Source: Octopus sinensis
Taxonomy: Eukaryota
DNA: 64,000 bases
Assembly (NCBI RefSeq): GCF_006345805.1
Contig: NC_043010.1
Location: forward strand, 37,572,001-37,636,000
Direction: 5' to 3'
Both the position numbers and the translations under genes were made by a program. Within the stretch, counting starts at the first letter, position 1. Each line of letters opens with the position of its first letter. The notes beneath the pieces are model-generated. The model made no database searches. It saw only the letters and a list, made by a program, of their open reading frames with translations, and was not told the origin of the DNA. This document shows positions 50,684-64,000 of this stretch, one piece after another.

Positions 50684-50838
50684 CTTGTTCTATTTCTATT
50701 CCTGAGGGCCATACTAATACATTTGTTTGTTTGTACTCTACCTGCCTTCGCCTTTTGTTTATTTTCATAAACCTTCCCGTTTTATATATATATATAGTTA
50801 ACTGACGAGCAAACAGGAATTACGTGATCAACTTCATT

Positions 50839-50919
50839 AGCTTACAATTGTTTCCGTTATGAGATGCAGTGCACTTAGAGCTGAGTGCGTGCGCATCATC
50901 TTATAGCTTCTTCAGGGCT
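50839..50919 (-). ncRNA. Hammerhead-like motif with a long stem II
   Basis: AGCC-CUGAAGA-[long stem II]-GAAA-CAAUUG-UA-AGCU; paralogous to 52162-52242. Confidence 0.55.
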
Positions 50920-51021
50920 TCTAATACACACACACACACACATACCCATACACATTCACAGATGCTCACAAACGCACACTCACACATGTGATACAGTATA
51001 CTATCAAATATATTATATAGG

Positions 51022-51064
<43 letters not shown>

Positions 51065-51404
51065 CCTTGTTTTGTATGTCCTGTACTCTATTTTTTCGTG
51101 GTTTTAAAAAAATGTCCATTTCCTTGGTTTTGTGTTTGTTTTCGTTTCTCATTGTGTTCGACGTTTTTTGGGTGTCCTGTACCCAAATATGCATGTATAT
51201 ATACATGTAGATGTAGGTACGTACATATATGCATGTATATATGCATATGTTTTATTTATTTATTAATTTATCATATGACGGAACGCACGCATCCATTTCT
51301 AAGTAAGATTGTTCTTAATATATATATATATATATATATTTAAATAATGAGGGAGATAAATTAATATTATTTTAATGACTACCTAGCAGTCTTGCCCTGC
51401 CAAT

Positions 51405-51436
<32 letters not shown>

Positions 51437-51506
51437 TATACACCCACACACCTATATATATATATATAATATATATATATATATACATGCATACATAATA
51501 CATAAA

Positions 51507-51545
<39 letters not shown>

Positions 51546-51580
51546 CACATACATACATACATATATACTATATACATACA

Positions 51581-51688
<108 letters not shown>

Positions 51689-52161
51689 GAAAATGGAGAA
51701 AACAGATTAACCAGCGCATCGACAGAACTACGTTTTAAAGCATATTTATTGATACAATGCAAGACAATACAAATCTAACACCCGTTTCTGATCAAAATAC
51801 CAGACTGCAGTCTATACATAAATGCGAGAATAAAATTCTTCATCTTCATAGGGCATTCAATTAAGGCTACGGATCTGCATCAGAGTGAAAAACAAGAGCA
51901 TACAATATAAACAAAAAGAAGGTGTATGGTGTCCCTGCACACCATTACCCGCGGTTAACACAAGTAACGGATACTGATAGTATATACGGATATTTTATCC
52001 CTTAGTCGGTTACTACAACCGCTAACTCTATTTATCTACATACATACATATACATATATATACATTCACAACACACACACACCCACACCCACACATACAC
52101 ACACAAACACATATATATAATTAACTTACAAGGGAACAGGAATTACGTAATCAACTTCGTT

Positions 52162-52242
52162 AGCTTACAGCTGTTTCGGCTGTAATATGCAGTGCACTTA
52201 GAGCTGAGGGCGTGTGCATCACCTTATACCTTCTTCGGAGCT
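52162..52242 (-). ncRNA. Hammerhead-like motif with a long stem II
   Basis: AGCU-CCGAAGA-[long stem II]-GAAA-CAGCUG-UA-AGCU. Confidence 0.55.
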
Positions 52243-52397
52243 TCTAATACACACGCACGCTCACACACACACAGCTCACAAGCACACGCTCACGCATGTA
52301 GAACATTATACTATCAAATATGCTATACATATAAACGTTGAGGGCTGAATACGCACATTGACCTCACATAGCTGTTTCTGACTCTGCCCTTCCCTAT

Positions 52398-52452
<55 letters not shown>

Positions 52453-52784
52453 AAAACTAAAAGGAAAAAGAAAACAAGGAAGCAAAATGAGGGAAAGACA
52501 ATGTACAGAAGTCCTCTTAAATGTTTCTGAAACAATGTTAATTGTTCGGCAGAAGAGATGGGAGGACAGAGAAAGAGAGAGGAAGACGGTAAAGAGAGAG
52601 GATGGGGGAGTAGACCCACAACCCGATTTGTTTGACCATCCCCTTCAATCCCCACCCATAACTCCAGTGGGTGTGGTCCACCAACAGCAGGGATGACAAG
52701 GGTTCTTATCAAGATATAACATTTAATTTTTATTTTATATATATATTTTATATATATATGCACACACACATACAATTATTATAT

Positions 52785-52804
52785 TATTATTATTATTATT
52801 ATTA

Positions 52805-52877
<73 letters not shown>

Positions 52878-52882
52878 TATTA

Positions 52883-52917
<35 letters not shown>

Positions 52918-53051
52918 TATTTCATTTATTTTAGATTATCAGATAGAAATTCTGTAGATTGATATTGTCCATGGTTTGTTTCATGTGTGTGAAGTGTGTT
53001 GTTTTATACTGAATATTTAATTGGGAGAAGTTGTATACAAATAATAATAAC

Positions 53052-53091
<40 letters not shown>

Positions 53092-53146
53092 TATAATGAT
53101 GATGATGATGATGATGATTAATAATAATAATAATAATAATGATAGC

Positions 53147-53235
<89 letters not shown>

Positions 53236-53265
53236 ATAATAATAATAATAATAATGATAGCAATA

Positions 53266-53307
<42 letters not shown>

Positions 53308-53451
53308 TGATGATGATGATGATGATGATGATGATATAATAATAATAATAATAATGATAGCAATAATAATAATAATAATAATAATAAAATAATAATAATA
53401 AATGATGATGATGATATGATGATGATAATAATAATAATAATGATAGCAATA

Positions 53452-53483
<32 letters not shown>

Positions 53484-53555
53484 TAATAATATGATGATGA
53501 TGATGATGATAATAATAATAATAATATAATGATAGCAATAATAATAATAATAATA

Positions 53556-53631
<76 letters not shown>

Positions 53632-53673
53632 AATAATAATAATAATAATAATGATAGCAATAATAATAATAAT

Positions 53674-53734
<61 letters not shown>

Positions 53735-53735
53735 T
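52785..53735. repeat. Large compound (TTA)n then (TAA/TGA)n microsatellite field
   Basis: Direct inspection; explains ORFs 52931..53842 and neighbours. Confidence 0.9.
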
Positions 53736-54042
53736 AGTAAAAAATAATAATAATATTTTCTTTTAATAAGACTTAGAAGAACAACTACATTTTCTTCGTT
53801 TATCACAAGGAAGTCGAGAGAAAGTGCAAAGACAGGTTGCAAAAAGAATAGTGGTAGCAGTGAGAGTGGTGGTGGATTTACACTGGGTAAAGAAGAAAAG
53901 AAAGATAAATAAGAAAATATAATTTGAGCAACACGTCAGCCGTTTTCTCTCTCTTGTTCTCCTACACTTCGTAAATCCGGAAAGGAATAGTTCACCCGAA
54001 ATATTAGGATAATTAGAGAATTTTGAAAATATAAAATGTATA

Positions 54043-54445
54043 GGCGCAGGAGTGGCTGTGTGGTAAGTAGCTTGCTTACCAGCCACATGGTTCCGGGTTC
54101 AGTCCCACTGCGTGGCACCTTGGGCAAATGTATTCTACTATAGCCTCGGGCCGACCAAAGCCTTGTGAGTAGATTTGGTAGACGGAAACTGAAAGAAGCA
54201 CGTCGTATATATGTATAATATATGTGTGTGTGCGTGTATGTTTGTGTGTCTGTGTTTGCCCCCCTAGCATTGCATGACAACCGATGCTGGTGTGTTGACG
54301 TCCCCGTCACTTAGCGGTTCGGCAAAAGAGACCGATAGAATAAGTACTGGGCTTACAAAGAATAAGTCCCGGGGTCGAGTTGCTCGACTAAAGGCGGTGC
54401 TCCAGCATGGCCGCAGTCAAATGACTGAAACAAGTAAAAGAGAAA
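54043..54445 (+). mobile_element. SINE family A, full length
   Basis: Complete head, core and tail. Confidence 0.88.
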
Positions 54446-55109
54446 AAAGAGAGAAAGATATGTTCCAGCAATCTGAGTGGGGTTAATCCTTTAAGGAAAA
54501 TTAGAGCATTCCTGTACTGACTCAAATGTTATTTAGCAATAAAGTAAGTGCTTGCTCTTAGCTATAAAATTACTTGGAAAAAAAAAATATTGCGAGTCAT
54601 TCCACAACACCTAATTCGACACTCTCGGTTAACGACCAGAAAATTTACTAAAGAATAGCATTTCCTTTTCAATTCTCAACTTCTTCCCCGAGTGGTACAC
54701 GAACATTGACTCAGGAACGAAATTTGTTTAAGGGGTGCAAATCCAGGTCCAAATTTTTTTCCAAGGAAAGTTTTATTGTTCTTTTTAAAAATTCTTTTTT
54801 GAGAAGAAACCTAACTTCAAGCTACTTTTTCCAGATCACTTTTTACTGTTTTCTAAGAATGAGAAAAGTAAGTAGGGGTGCAAATTTTGATTTTCTACCC
54901 CACAAATATTTTAAGAGGTACACTTACACCTTCTGCTCTCCCTGTTCCCGGTCCCATGTACATGAAGAAGTTGATGAGAGCGAAAGTTTTTTCTTTAGGT
55001 GTCTTATGTAAGCATGATGAGGTTTTGCAAAGAATTAACAAACTGATCTATTGCATCTTTTCTCTTTGTTCCCAAGAACATATATATGTGTATATATATT
55101 TATCTCTCC

Positions 55110-55167
<58 letters not shown>

Positions 55168-55218
55168 TATATATATATATATATATTATATAATATATAT
55201 ATATTATATATATACATA

Positions 55219-55479
55219 ACTAAGCAATAAGGGTTTAGCAACGAATTGCCTCACCACACACGAATTTGATTTTTAAATAGCAGTCAAAGAGTTATAGCTA
55301 TTCTTTCTACTAAAAGGGAGATCTCAGTAAAAACACAGCGCTTTTAGTAGAAAGAATAGCTATAACTCTTTGACTGAGATCTCCCTTTTAGTAGAAAGAA
55401 TAGCTATAACTCTTTGACTGCTATTTCTAAATTCGGTGTGTGGTGAGGCAATTCGTTGCGAAACCCTTAATTGCTTAGT
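55219..55479. repeat. Foldback with an internally duplicated arm
   Basis: ACTAAGCAAT...AATTGCTTAGT arms; CTTTTAGTAGAAAGAATAGCTATAACTCTTTGACTG occurs twice in the right half. Confidence 0.8.
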
Positions 55480-55684
55480 ATTACTTAAATTGTCCTCGAA
55501 TGAGCTTTTACATGCCGAAATCTACTTGGTGTAATTAATAATTATTCCAAATTAATTAATTTCACCCTATATTGTTACTGATATATATACATAACAGTGG
55601 CTTGGTGGTTAGGGTATTCGGCTTGCGATTATAGGGTTGCGATTTCAATACTCCAGTGGCTACTGGAGATAGGTTTCGACAAAT

Positions 55685-55729
55685 GTTGTGCTGATGACGT
55701 CAGCTGAGGTAGAAATACGCGTCCACGAC
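55685..55729 (+). ncRNA. Type I hammerhead-like motif, canonical core, weak stem II
   Basis: GUUGUG-CUGAUGA-cgucagcugaggua-GAAA-UACGCG-UC-CACGAC. Confidence 0.55.
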
Positions 55730-56032
55730 TTTCCTCTTATCTCTAAGCAATAAGTATATCCTCTTCTCTAATGGCATGTCAATTTTGGACAATTTTTGAT
55801 TTTTCAAATTATCCTCTTTGGTGGAACTGGTCTTAATTTCTGGAGAACTTCTCACTAATTGAATGGTTGTATACTGTCAATCTAATAAGAACGTGACAGT
55901 AGGGGGTACACCACCGCTGTATAGCCCTAGGAAGCATCGAACGCCTCCTGATGGCTTTGACACATTTTTCCCTGTGTCCTTATATACATTTACGAAGGGG
56001 AGACAAACACCCCCGGCTGCCGAAACTGCATC

Positions 56033-56073
56033 TAGGGACACGTGTTTCGGGATCGTTGTCCTTCATCGGCCTA
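56033..56073 (-). ncRNA. Minimal hammerhead-like motif (U4C core)
   Basis: UAGG-CCGAUGA-A-GGA caacga UCC-C-GAAA-CACGUG-UC-CCUA. Confidence 0.6.
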
Positions 56074-56461
56074 CAGTACTCTGCTCTATTCTATTCTGTT
56101 CTTTGCTGATTTCTGCTTTGATGGTTGTTTTGTGCCCCGACTAAAATTTCTCAGGTTCTTATTATCTACTAATTGTAAGGACAAGCGTATTTTTTTGCCT
56201 TGTTTACTCTGTTGTCAATAGCAACAGAGCATACGATGTCAATTGTGAGGTGTGGTTGGAAACAAAGATTATTGTCGTTACAAATGAAAATAGAGTCTTG
56301 GATATTTTGTTTTTGTTTCAGTTACCATAACGATGAGCAGTCTTTTGTCGACATGGCTATTACTATCAAGCTGATGGCTCTATTTCGCCTGCAGACGCCT
56401 CACACGAAATAAACAGAATGAAAATTTCCGCTACATATATGCTATAAAATAATAGTATTGA

Positions 56462-56522
<61 letters not shown>

Positions 56523-56541
56523 GATGATGATAATAATAATA

Positions 56542-56582
<41 letters not shown>

Positions 56583-56766
56583 AATAATAATATATAATAA
56601 TAATGATGATAATAATAATAATAATTAATAATAATAATAATAATATTCCATACAATAACCATCGAGCATCACAACAAATCACAGCACATACCCAAGGGAC
56701 ACAGAGCTGCCTCGGTAGTGAAGTGAAAGCACGCTATAAAAATAAAACTACTGAATAATGATAATA

Positions 56767-56816
<50 letters not shown>

Positions 56817-57269
56817 TAATACAAAGATGGGCTACAGCAAATATTCTGCTCAACACCACAGATTTGCTTGTCAGTTGTTTGACCATAATCAGTAGAGCAT
56901 GTCCTTTAGTGGCTGACGATATGTGCATCTCTGATCACGAGCAGAATTAGTCGGGGAGCATTATAGGAATATATTGGGAGAAATTCTTTGGAGTTTGAAT
57001 AATTCACCTCTGTAAACATCCTTAAACAACCCTTATTCAAGGACCATTTGAGCGGGATAGGCTACTCGACCAGACGAAAATTCTAACTGGGTCCCACCTG
57101 CAAGGTCATGCGCTGTTTATCTTGATATGAGATCACCATGTCGCGCACATGTAATTGTGATGCATGTGCCTAGTGTACCCGTATCAGACGGGTAGTCATG
57201 ATGGGTATATTGGGTTTCGTATATTTTAACCTCAGTGTCACTTTGATGGCATGCACTGCTCTCTCACTC

Positions 57270-57357
<88 letters not shown>

Positions 57358-57378
57358 TTAATAATAATAATAATAATA

Positions 57379-57417
<39 letters not shown>

Positions 57418-57419
<2 letters not shown>

Positions 57420-57974
57420 GTCTTGCACAGAAAGAGTACAAGCGCATGGATACCAGGTGCTTGGTACCAACATACACCGGAAAAGCTAATGAACGAAAAG
57501 TGGAAGGAAAAGATCCTCTGGGAATTTGAATTCCAGACAGACAAGGTGTTAGAACATCGAAGGCCGGATATTGTAGCTTTTAAAAGGGATAGACAAGCGT
57601 GCCTAATAATCGACGTGGCAGTGTCAGGAGATCAACATATTATCATGAAGGAAAGAGAAAAGATTGGTAAATATGGAGACCTGAGGATTGAGATTGCCAA
57701 GATATGGCAGTTACGTGAGATAAAAATAAAGGTTGTCCCTGTTGTCATCGGAGCATTGGGTTCAATACCACCCAATCTGAAGAACCAGCTGGAAACTTTA
57801 GAGGTGCCCTACAATCTTGATGTATTGCAAAAATCGGTTTTAGTTGGAACCGCACGCATTTTGCGTAAACTATTGTCTGTCTGAGGTCCTTGTGATTTGA
57901 CAGAAAGTACAAACCCCCGGTAGACACAATATCTCCAATGCACATCACGATATTGGATACTGTATGACTTCTTC
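57418..57974 (+). mobile_element. R4/Dong-type LINE 3' fragment with an open REL endonuclease frame, in (TAA)n
   Basis: WYQHTPE..KILWEFEFQTDKVLEHRRPDIV..LIIDVAVSGD..EKIGKYGDL..VVPVVIGALG..LVGTARILRK* (ORF ends at 57884). Confidence 0.88.
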
Positions 57975-58463
57975 AATAATAATAATAATAATAGTATAAA
58001 AGATGGGCTACAGCAAATATTCTGCTCAATACCACAGATTTGCTTGTCAGTTGTTTGACCTTAACCAGTTGAGCATGTCCCTTAGTGGCTGACGATATGT
58101 GCATCTCTGATCACGAGCAGAAGTAGTGAGGGAGCATCATAACCATGTGTTGAAAGGGATTCTTTGGGGTTTGAATAATTCACCTTTGGAAACAGGGGTG
58201 TTTCGTTCAACATCCTTAAACAACCCTTATTCAGGGACCTTTTGAGCGGGATGGGCTACTCGACCAGAACAAAATTCTAACTGGACCCCACCTGCAAGGT
58301 CATGTGCTGTTTATCTTAATATGAGATCACCATGTCGCGCACATATGGTTGTGATGCATGTGCCTAGTGTACCCTTATCAGACGGGTAGTCATGATGGGT
58401 ATACTGGGTTTCATATATTTTACCCCAGTGTCACTTTGATGGCATGCACTGCTCTCTCACATG

Positions 58464-58502
<39 letters not shown>

Positions 58503-58532
58503 TAATAATAATAATAATAATAATAATAAAAT

Positions 58533-59185
58533 AAATGAAACCATTGATCATGTCTCCGTGTGCAGTCTTCTTGCGCCTACAGAGTGTCTCAACAGGCATG
58601 ATAGAGCAGCACAATATATTCACTGGGTAATTTGCAAAAACCTGGACCTGTCCCATGATAAAAACTGGTGGGAATACAAACCACTTCCAGTGCTTGAAAA
58701 TGATCACATCTCACTCCTCTGGAACTTCACCATTCAAACTGACACAAAGATAGGCCAGACTTCAGACAAAAATTATGCCACCTCATTTATATGACTGTCC
58801 CAATCGATATACGCGTATCTGTCAAGACCTACCAAAAAACTGAGCAAGTATAAAGATCTTGAAATAGAAATTAGCAAAATGTGGAACCTCAAGACTAAAA
58901 CAATACCTATTTCTTTACTACCCACAAGGGGCTAAACACAGAGGGGACAAACAAGGACAGGCACACGGATTAAGTCGATTACATCGACCTCAGTGCGTAA
59001 CTGGTACTTATTTAATCGACCCCGAAAGGATGAAAGGCAAAGTCGACCTCGGCGGAAGTTGAACTCAGAACGTAGCGGCAGACGAAATACCGCAAAGCAT
59101 TTCGCCCGGCGCGCTAACGTTTCTGCCAGCTCGCCACCTTAAACAATACCTGTTGTCATAGGTGCCCCAGGAATGATAGCAAATG
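58533..59185 (+). mobile_element. R4/Dong-type fragment interrupted by a family B SINE (58909-59140, minus strand)
   Basis: RHDRAAQYIHWVIC..WWEYKP..LLWNFTIQTD; SINE flanked by the 11-bp TSD AAACAATACCT (58898-58908, 59141-59151). Confidence 0.8.
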
Positions 59186-60127
59186 GGACTGATTTCACCC
59201 GCGTCTACGCTACAGTTTAATTGTCTTAAACATCAACTTTACATCAGCAATAACAACAACAGTCATATCAACGACCTTTTTTCCCCCCACATATTTTTAA
59301 AATGATTAAACCGAGAAAGAAAATTACCGTTGCGAAATAGTTAAATCGTTGAAACAGTGAAAACAAATAACAGGAGTCATTGATATTGCTTTCACATATG
59401 TTCGATAATCTAACGTTCGATAATGTAATGTTCAGTTGCTCTATGAACATTGTTATCGTGTTGTCTCCAGACATGGCGAATCACATGGACGAATGAAACA
59501 GGTTGAAATGTTTTATCATGAGGAGAAAGCGTGGTGGGAGCGGGGGATTTAGAATAAACAGGCCATTGATAGGACTGACCACTCTTACCAGGCAGTGGCT
59601 CTCGTGGCTTCTGATCTTAACTGATCGGAAGTGTTATCATGTACATTGTTTTGTCTTGTTATAAAAGATGGGCTACAGCAAATATTCTGCTCAATACCAC
59701 AGATTTGCTTGTCAGTTGTTTGACTTTAACCAGTTGAGCATGTCCCTTAGTGGCTGACGATATGTGCATCTCTGATCACGAGCAGAAGTAGTGGGGGAGC
59801 ATCATAGCCATGTGTTGAGAGGGATTCTTTGGGGTTTGAATAATTCACCCCTGGAAACATGGGTGTTTCATTCAACGTCCTTAAACAACCCTTATTCAGG
59901 GACCTTTCGAGTGGGATTGGTTACTCGACCTGAAGAAAATTCTAACTGGGCCCCACCTGCAAGGTCATGTGCTGTTTATTTTGATATGAGATCACCGTGT
60001 CGCGCACATATGGTTGTGATGCATGTGCCTAGTGTACCCTTATCAGACGGGTAGGCATGATGGGTATACTGGGCTTCGTATATTTTACCCCAGTGTCACT
60101 TTGATGGCATGCACTGCTCTCTCACTC

Positions 60128-60188
<61 letters not shown>

Positions 60189-60845
60189 TTAATAATAATA
60201 ATTTTGAAAAATTTTTTGATAGAAACAGAATTTTGAGAGTCAAAACTATTGAAAAGGTTGCAAGACGCAACGAGAATTTTAGGAAAATAAAAATAAGAAA
60301 TAAGTGGAAATTTTACTGGTGAGTGTGTTAAATTATAAGGCATAAAAAGAAAATGACTCTCCTCAGACACAACAGAATATGCTTTAACACACGAACTCAA
60401 ATAAAGAATCTTGCAAACTAAATACCAAAAGAAAAAAGAATCTTTGAAATTGTAAGTAAATATTAATCAGAATGTAAAGAAAACGATGATGTGTGTGTGT
60501 TTGTGTGCATGCGTATACAAACGCATACATGTGTCTATCTGACTCGATTCTATCTGTCCACGGTAAATCGAAATTCACGGATTGAATAATTCTAAAATAA
60601 CATTCACCAGACACGTGACTAAGATTTTTCGAAAAGTTTTTTTATTCTTGAATATTCTGAGCAGAAATAGGAAAACAGAAAATCTTGGTATTTTGTATCG
60701 ACACATTCTGATTTCAAATCCCGCCTAAAATCAACTCCGTTTCTCATCTTTCCAGGGCTGACAAAGTACCAATCAAGTACTGGAATCGATATAACGCACA
60801 CACAAGCACACACACACACACACACACACAAGCACACACACACAC

Positions 60846-60890
<45 letters not shown>

Positions 60891-60932
60891 CACACACACA
60901 CAATGTCATAATGCAAGAGAAACAACACGATA

Positions 60933-61233
60933 CCGGATTAGACGACAGTGCCGGATTAGATGACAGTGCAGGATTAGATAACAGTGCCAGATTAGATGAC
61001 AGGGCCGGATCAGGTGATAGTGACGGATTAGATGATAGTGCCGGATTAAATGACCATTCCGGATTAGATTATAATGTCGAATTAGATGACAGTAATGAAT
61101 TAGATGACCGTAACGGATTAAATGATAGTCCTGGATTAGACGACAGTACCCGATTATATGACAGTACCAGATTAGATAACAGTGCCGGATTAGATGTGAG
61201 TGCCAGATTAAGTAAGCGTGTCGGATTAGATAG
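60933..61233. repeat. 18-bp-unit minisatellite (CCGGATTAGATGACAGTG)n, about 17 units
   Basis: Direct inspection; reads (GLDDSA)n on + and (RHCHLI)n on -. Confidence 0.85.
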
Positions 61234-61452
61234 CATTCCCATCTGACACCATGGTTGCCTTTTAGCTGAGTTGCAAGCATCCGATGTAGCTCTTCGAGTT
61301 GTGGAAATTTTCTAATCTCCCTTCTATCAACCTCGCAGACCCAATAAAGGATCATAAGTGTAGCTCGATAAATGATGAGACATAGAAAACATAAAAAATC
61401 GTCATTGCAGCCGGATCAGATCTGACCTCTCTGAATCCATTGAAAAAGATAT

Positions 61453-61500
<48 letters not shown>

Positions 61501-61576
61501 ATTATATATATATATAAGGAGAGAGAGATCGCTGGCCACTACACATTCTTTATTTTCTCTCGTTTCTTTCTGTGTT

Positions 61577-61614
61577 ATTTTCTGTAGAAGAGCGTAGGCT
61601 CGAAACGTTAGAGA
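61577..61614 (+). ncRNA. Minimal hammerhead-like motif (A6U family)
   Basis: UAUUU(U)-CUGUAGA-A-GAGC guag GCUC-GAAA-CG-UU-AGAGA. Confidence 0.5.
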
Positions 61615-61790
61615 CATGTTCACTTCCCGAGCGTTATACTAATACATCTGTTTGTTGTCTACACCACTTGTCTTCGTCTTTTGTTTTTTGTGAATTCTCC
61701 CTATATATATATATATATATAAGGCGGTTTTTGAACGTAACACACGCGATAGTCGAGGGATTACTGTATACACACATATGTAAATGTATA

Positions 61791-61837
<47 letters not shown>

Positions 61838-62096
61838 TATATATATACGAAAATGTTATACATGAATGTATAACAATGACACCAAAACACCCTCTAGCTT
61901 GGTACTCAGCCTGCTAAAAATAACAAACGATTTTCTCTCAAAATACACCCTACCATCATAAAAATATAAAGAATACTTTGGAGAATGTAGCCATTATATA
62001 TATATATATACACATATAGATGTTGTAAGTAGGTATGTATATACACACACGCGCACACCTACATACACATACACACACACATATATATGTGTGTGT

Positions 62097-62137
<41 letters not shown>

Positions 62138-62253
62138 GATGTATGTTTGTATGTATGGGGTGGGCTGCTGGGTCATCATCAGAGATCACCAGAGATTGTG
62201 AGACCAAGAATTTGAGAGGAAACTCCAGCTGTGGGCTCTCTTTAGTGTTAAGC

Positions 62254-62293
<40 letters not shown>

Positions 62294-63119
62294 GAGAGGG
62301 AGAGAGATTTGAAATTGATTTCTGGCTTTGTGGCCTTTTGCTCTTCTTCATTTCTTTCCTTCGTCTTCTTTCATCCTTTCGCTCTTCCTCACATTGCATC
62401 CCACTCTCCCTCCCTTCCTTCCTTCCTTCCTTCAGATTCTTTTTATTGTTTTCCTTCCCTCATTAACACGCCACCTTATATTCACTTTCGTTTTACCACT
62501 GTTCTGCCAAACCCACTCCCTCCCTCCCTCCCCCCTCCTTTCTCTGTCTCTGTCTCTCTATCTCTTTGTCTCTTTCATTCTCTGTCTCTCTCTTTACCCC
62601 CCTTTCCCCCCCTCTTCACCTTCACCCCCTAGCTCACCGTTTCTCCATTCTTACGCCAACCCAAAATTCCTTCTCAGATAATTAGTAATGGATAGCTGTT
62701 ATCTACACAACACCGACCGTTTCATTTCCACACACGTACACGCACACACACACACACACATACACACACACGCATACACACACATACACACAAACATACG
62801 CACATAAACACAAACACACGCGCACACACATTTACGCTCGCACGCATTTAAACGTACACACGCTGCTCAGTTACGAGTACATATGTACATGTACACGCAT
62901 GCGCGTATATATTTACAAAAATATATACACATGCACACGTTATACATACATGCATACATACATACATACATACATACATACCTATATGCATGCTTATATA
63001 CAATATATATATATATACATATACACAGACGCATATGTACATATGTATATATATATATATTCATAAATGAATGTATACATGGATACACACATTCACACAC
63101 ACACACACACACACACATA

Positions 63120-63194
<75 letters not shown>

Positions 63195-63406
63195 CAGTAT
63201 ATAGACGCGCACACAGACCCAAACACATAATTCTGCCACTTTAGTTTTCCTTACCATTTTCTTCCATCTCCAGACACAAAGGCGGGGCTGTGTTACTTTA
63301 GTTATCAGAACTTTAGACGATAAAGAAATGGAATGAAAATAGATGAAAAAACGAAAACAAAAAAAAAATTCCCTCCATCCAAAGGACTACGCGGGCGCGC
63401 GCGGCC

Positions 63407-63466
<60 letters not shown>

Positions 63467-64000
63467 CACTTTGAGCTGTAGTTGAATCAGGAGATTGGTG
63501 TAACGATGCATGGACAGACACTGTAGAACAACAAGACGATTATATTTTTGATACTTGAAGAATAATCTAGGAATGAAAATAAATAGAAGAATACATGTTT
63601 ATATTTAAACAAAATCAGAATGCGTCATCGGAAAGGCTCGGCTTGGCTTGGCCTGGCTTGGCTTACTATAGCGTGGACTGTCTGAATCATTACAAGAGCG
63701 TTGGACGAAAATATTCACCTTGTTTTGGCTCCGGTCTTTTCGGTTACGTTTTTGAGCTCAAATGAAATCGAGGTCAACTTTGCTGTTTCGTTCTTTCAGA
63801 GTCGGTAGAATAAAGTACCAACATTCAAGTACCAGGGCGGCAGCGACTGAGTCCTAACATACTCCCTCGATGCTAATGGAATTATACAAGGTGTCTCATT
63901 CGATGGAGCACATTTTAAATTCAAGGAACAAAGACCGGGGCAAAAGTATTTATTAAGCAATGTGTATAATACGAAACCAGGTTGTGGGAGTTCATAACAA

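Noticed and set aside
52931-53842. Long ORFs of poly-Y/I/L/H
   Set aside because: Translations of the (TTA/TCA)n microsatellite.
54043-54115. tRNA-like A and B boxes
   Set aside because: SINE head without a full cloverleaf; not a tRNA gene. The same applies to the other SINE copies.
54920-55050. Minus-strand GT|GTAAGT donor with a short open frame
   Set aside because: No recognisable peptide or good acceptor.

Overview
Eukaryotic, microsatellite-rich, transposon-dominated DNA. The SINE families point to an octopus (coleoid cephalopod) genome; this is an inference. The only host gene I can support is the 3' end of a PUS1-like tRNA pseudouridine synthase (+ strand exons 186-256, 5411-5543, 7724-7936), whose 257-5410 intron has U12 (minor spliceosome) signals. 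The rest is tRNA-derived SINEs, a Penelope-like RT element, decayed Tc1 and DD37D mariner transposons, a decayed Helitron Rep, Helentron-type (HINE/DINE-1-like) elements, RTE and CR1 LINE remnants, (TAA)n-associated R4/Dong-type LINE fragments, MITEs, foldbacks and simple repeats. The most notable hidden signal is about a dozen type I minimal hammerhead-ribozyme-like motifs from several sequence-unrelated families, most with palindromic stem III. One family, attached to the Penelope element's 3' repeat, has a fixed A6U change in the catalytic core. Most ORFs in the supplied track are microsatellite artefacts. All alignments and folds were done by eye, and repeat boundaries are approximate.
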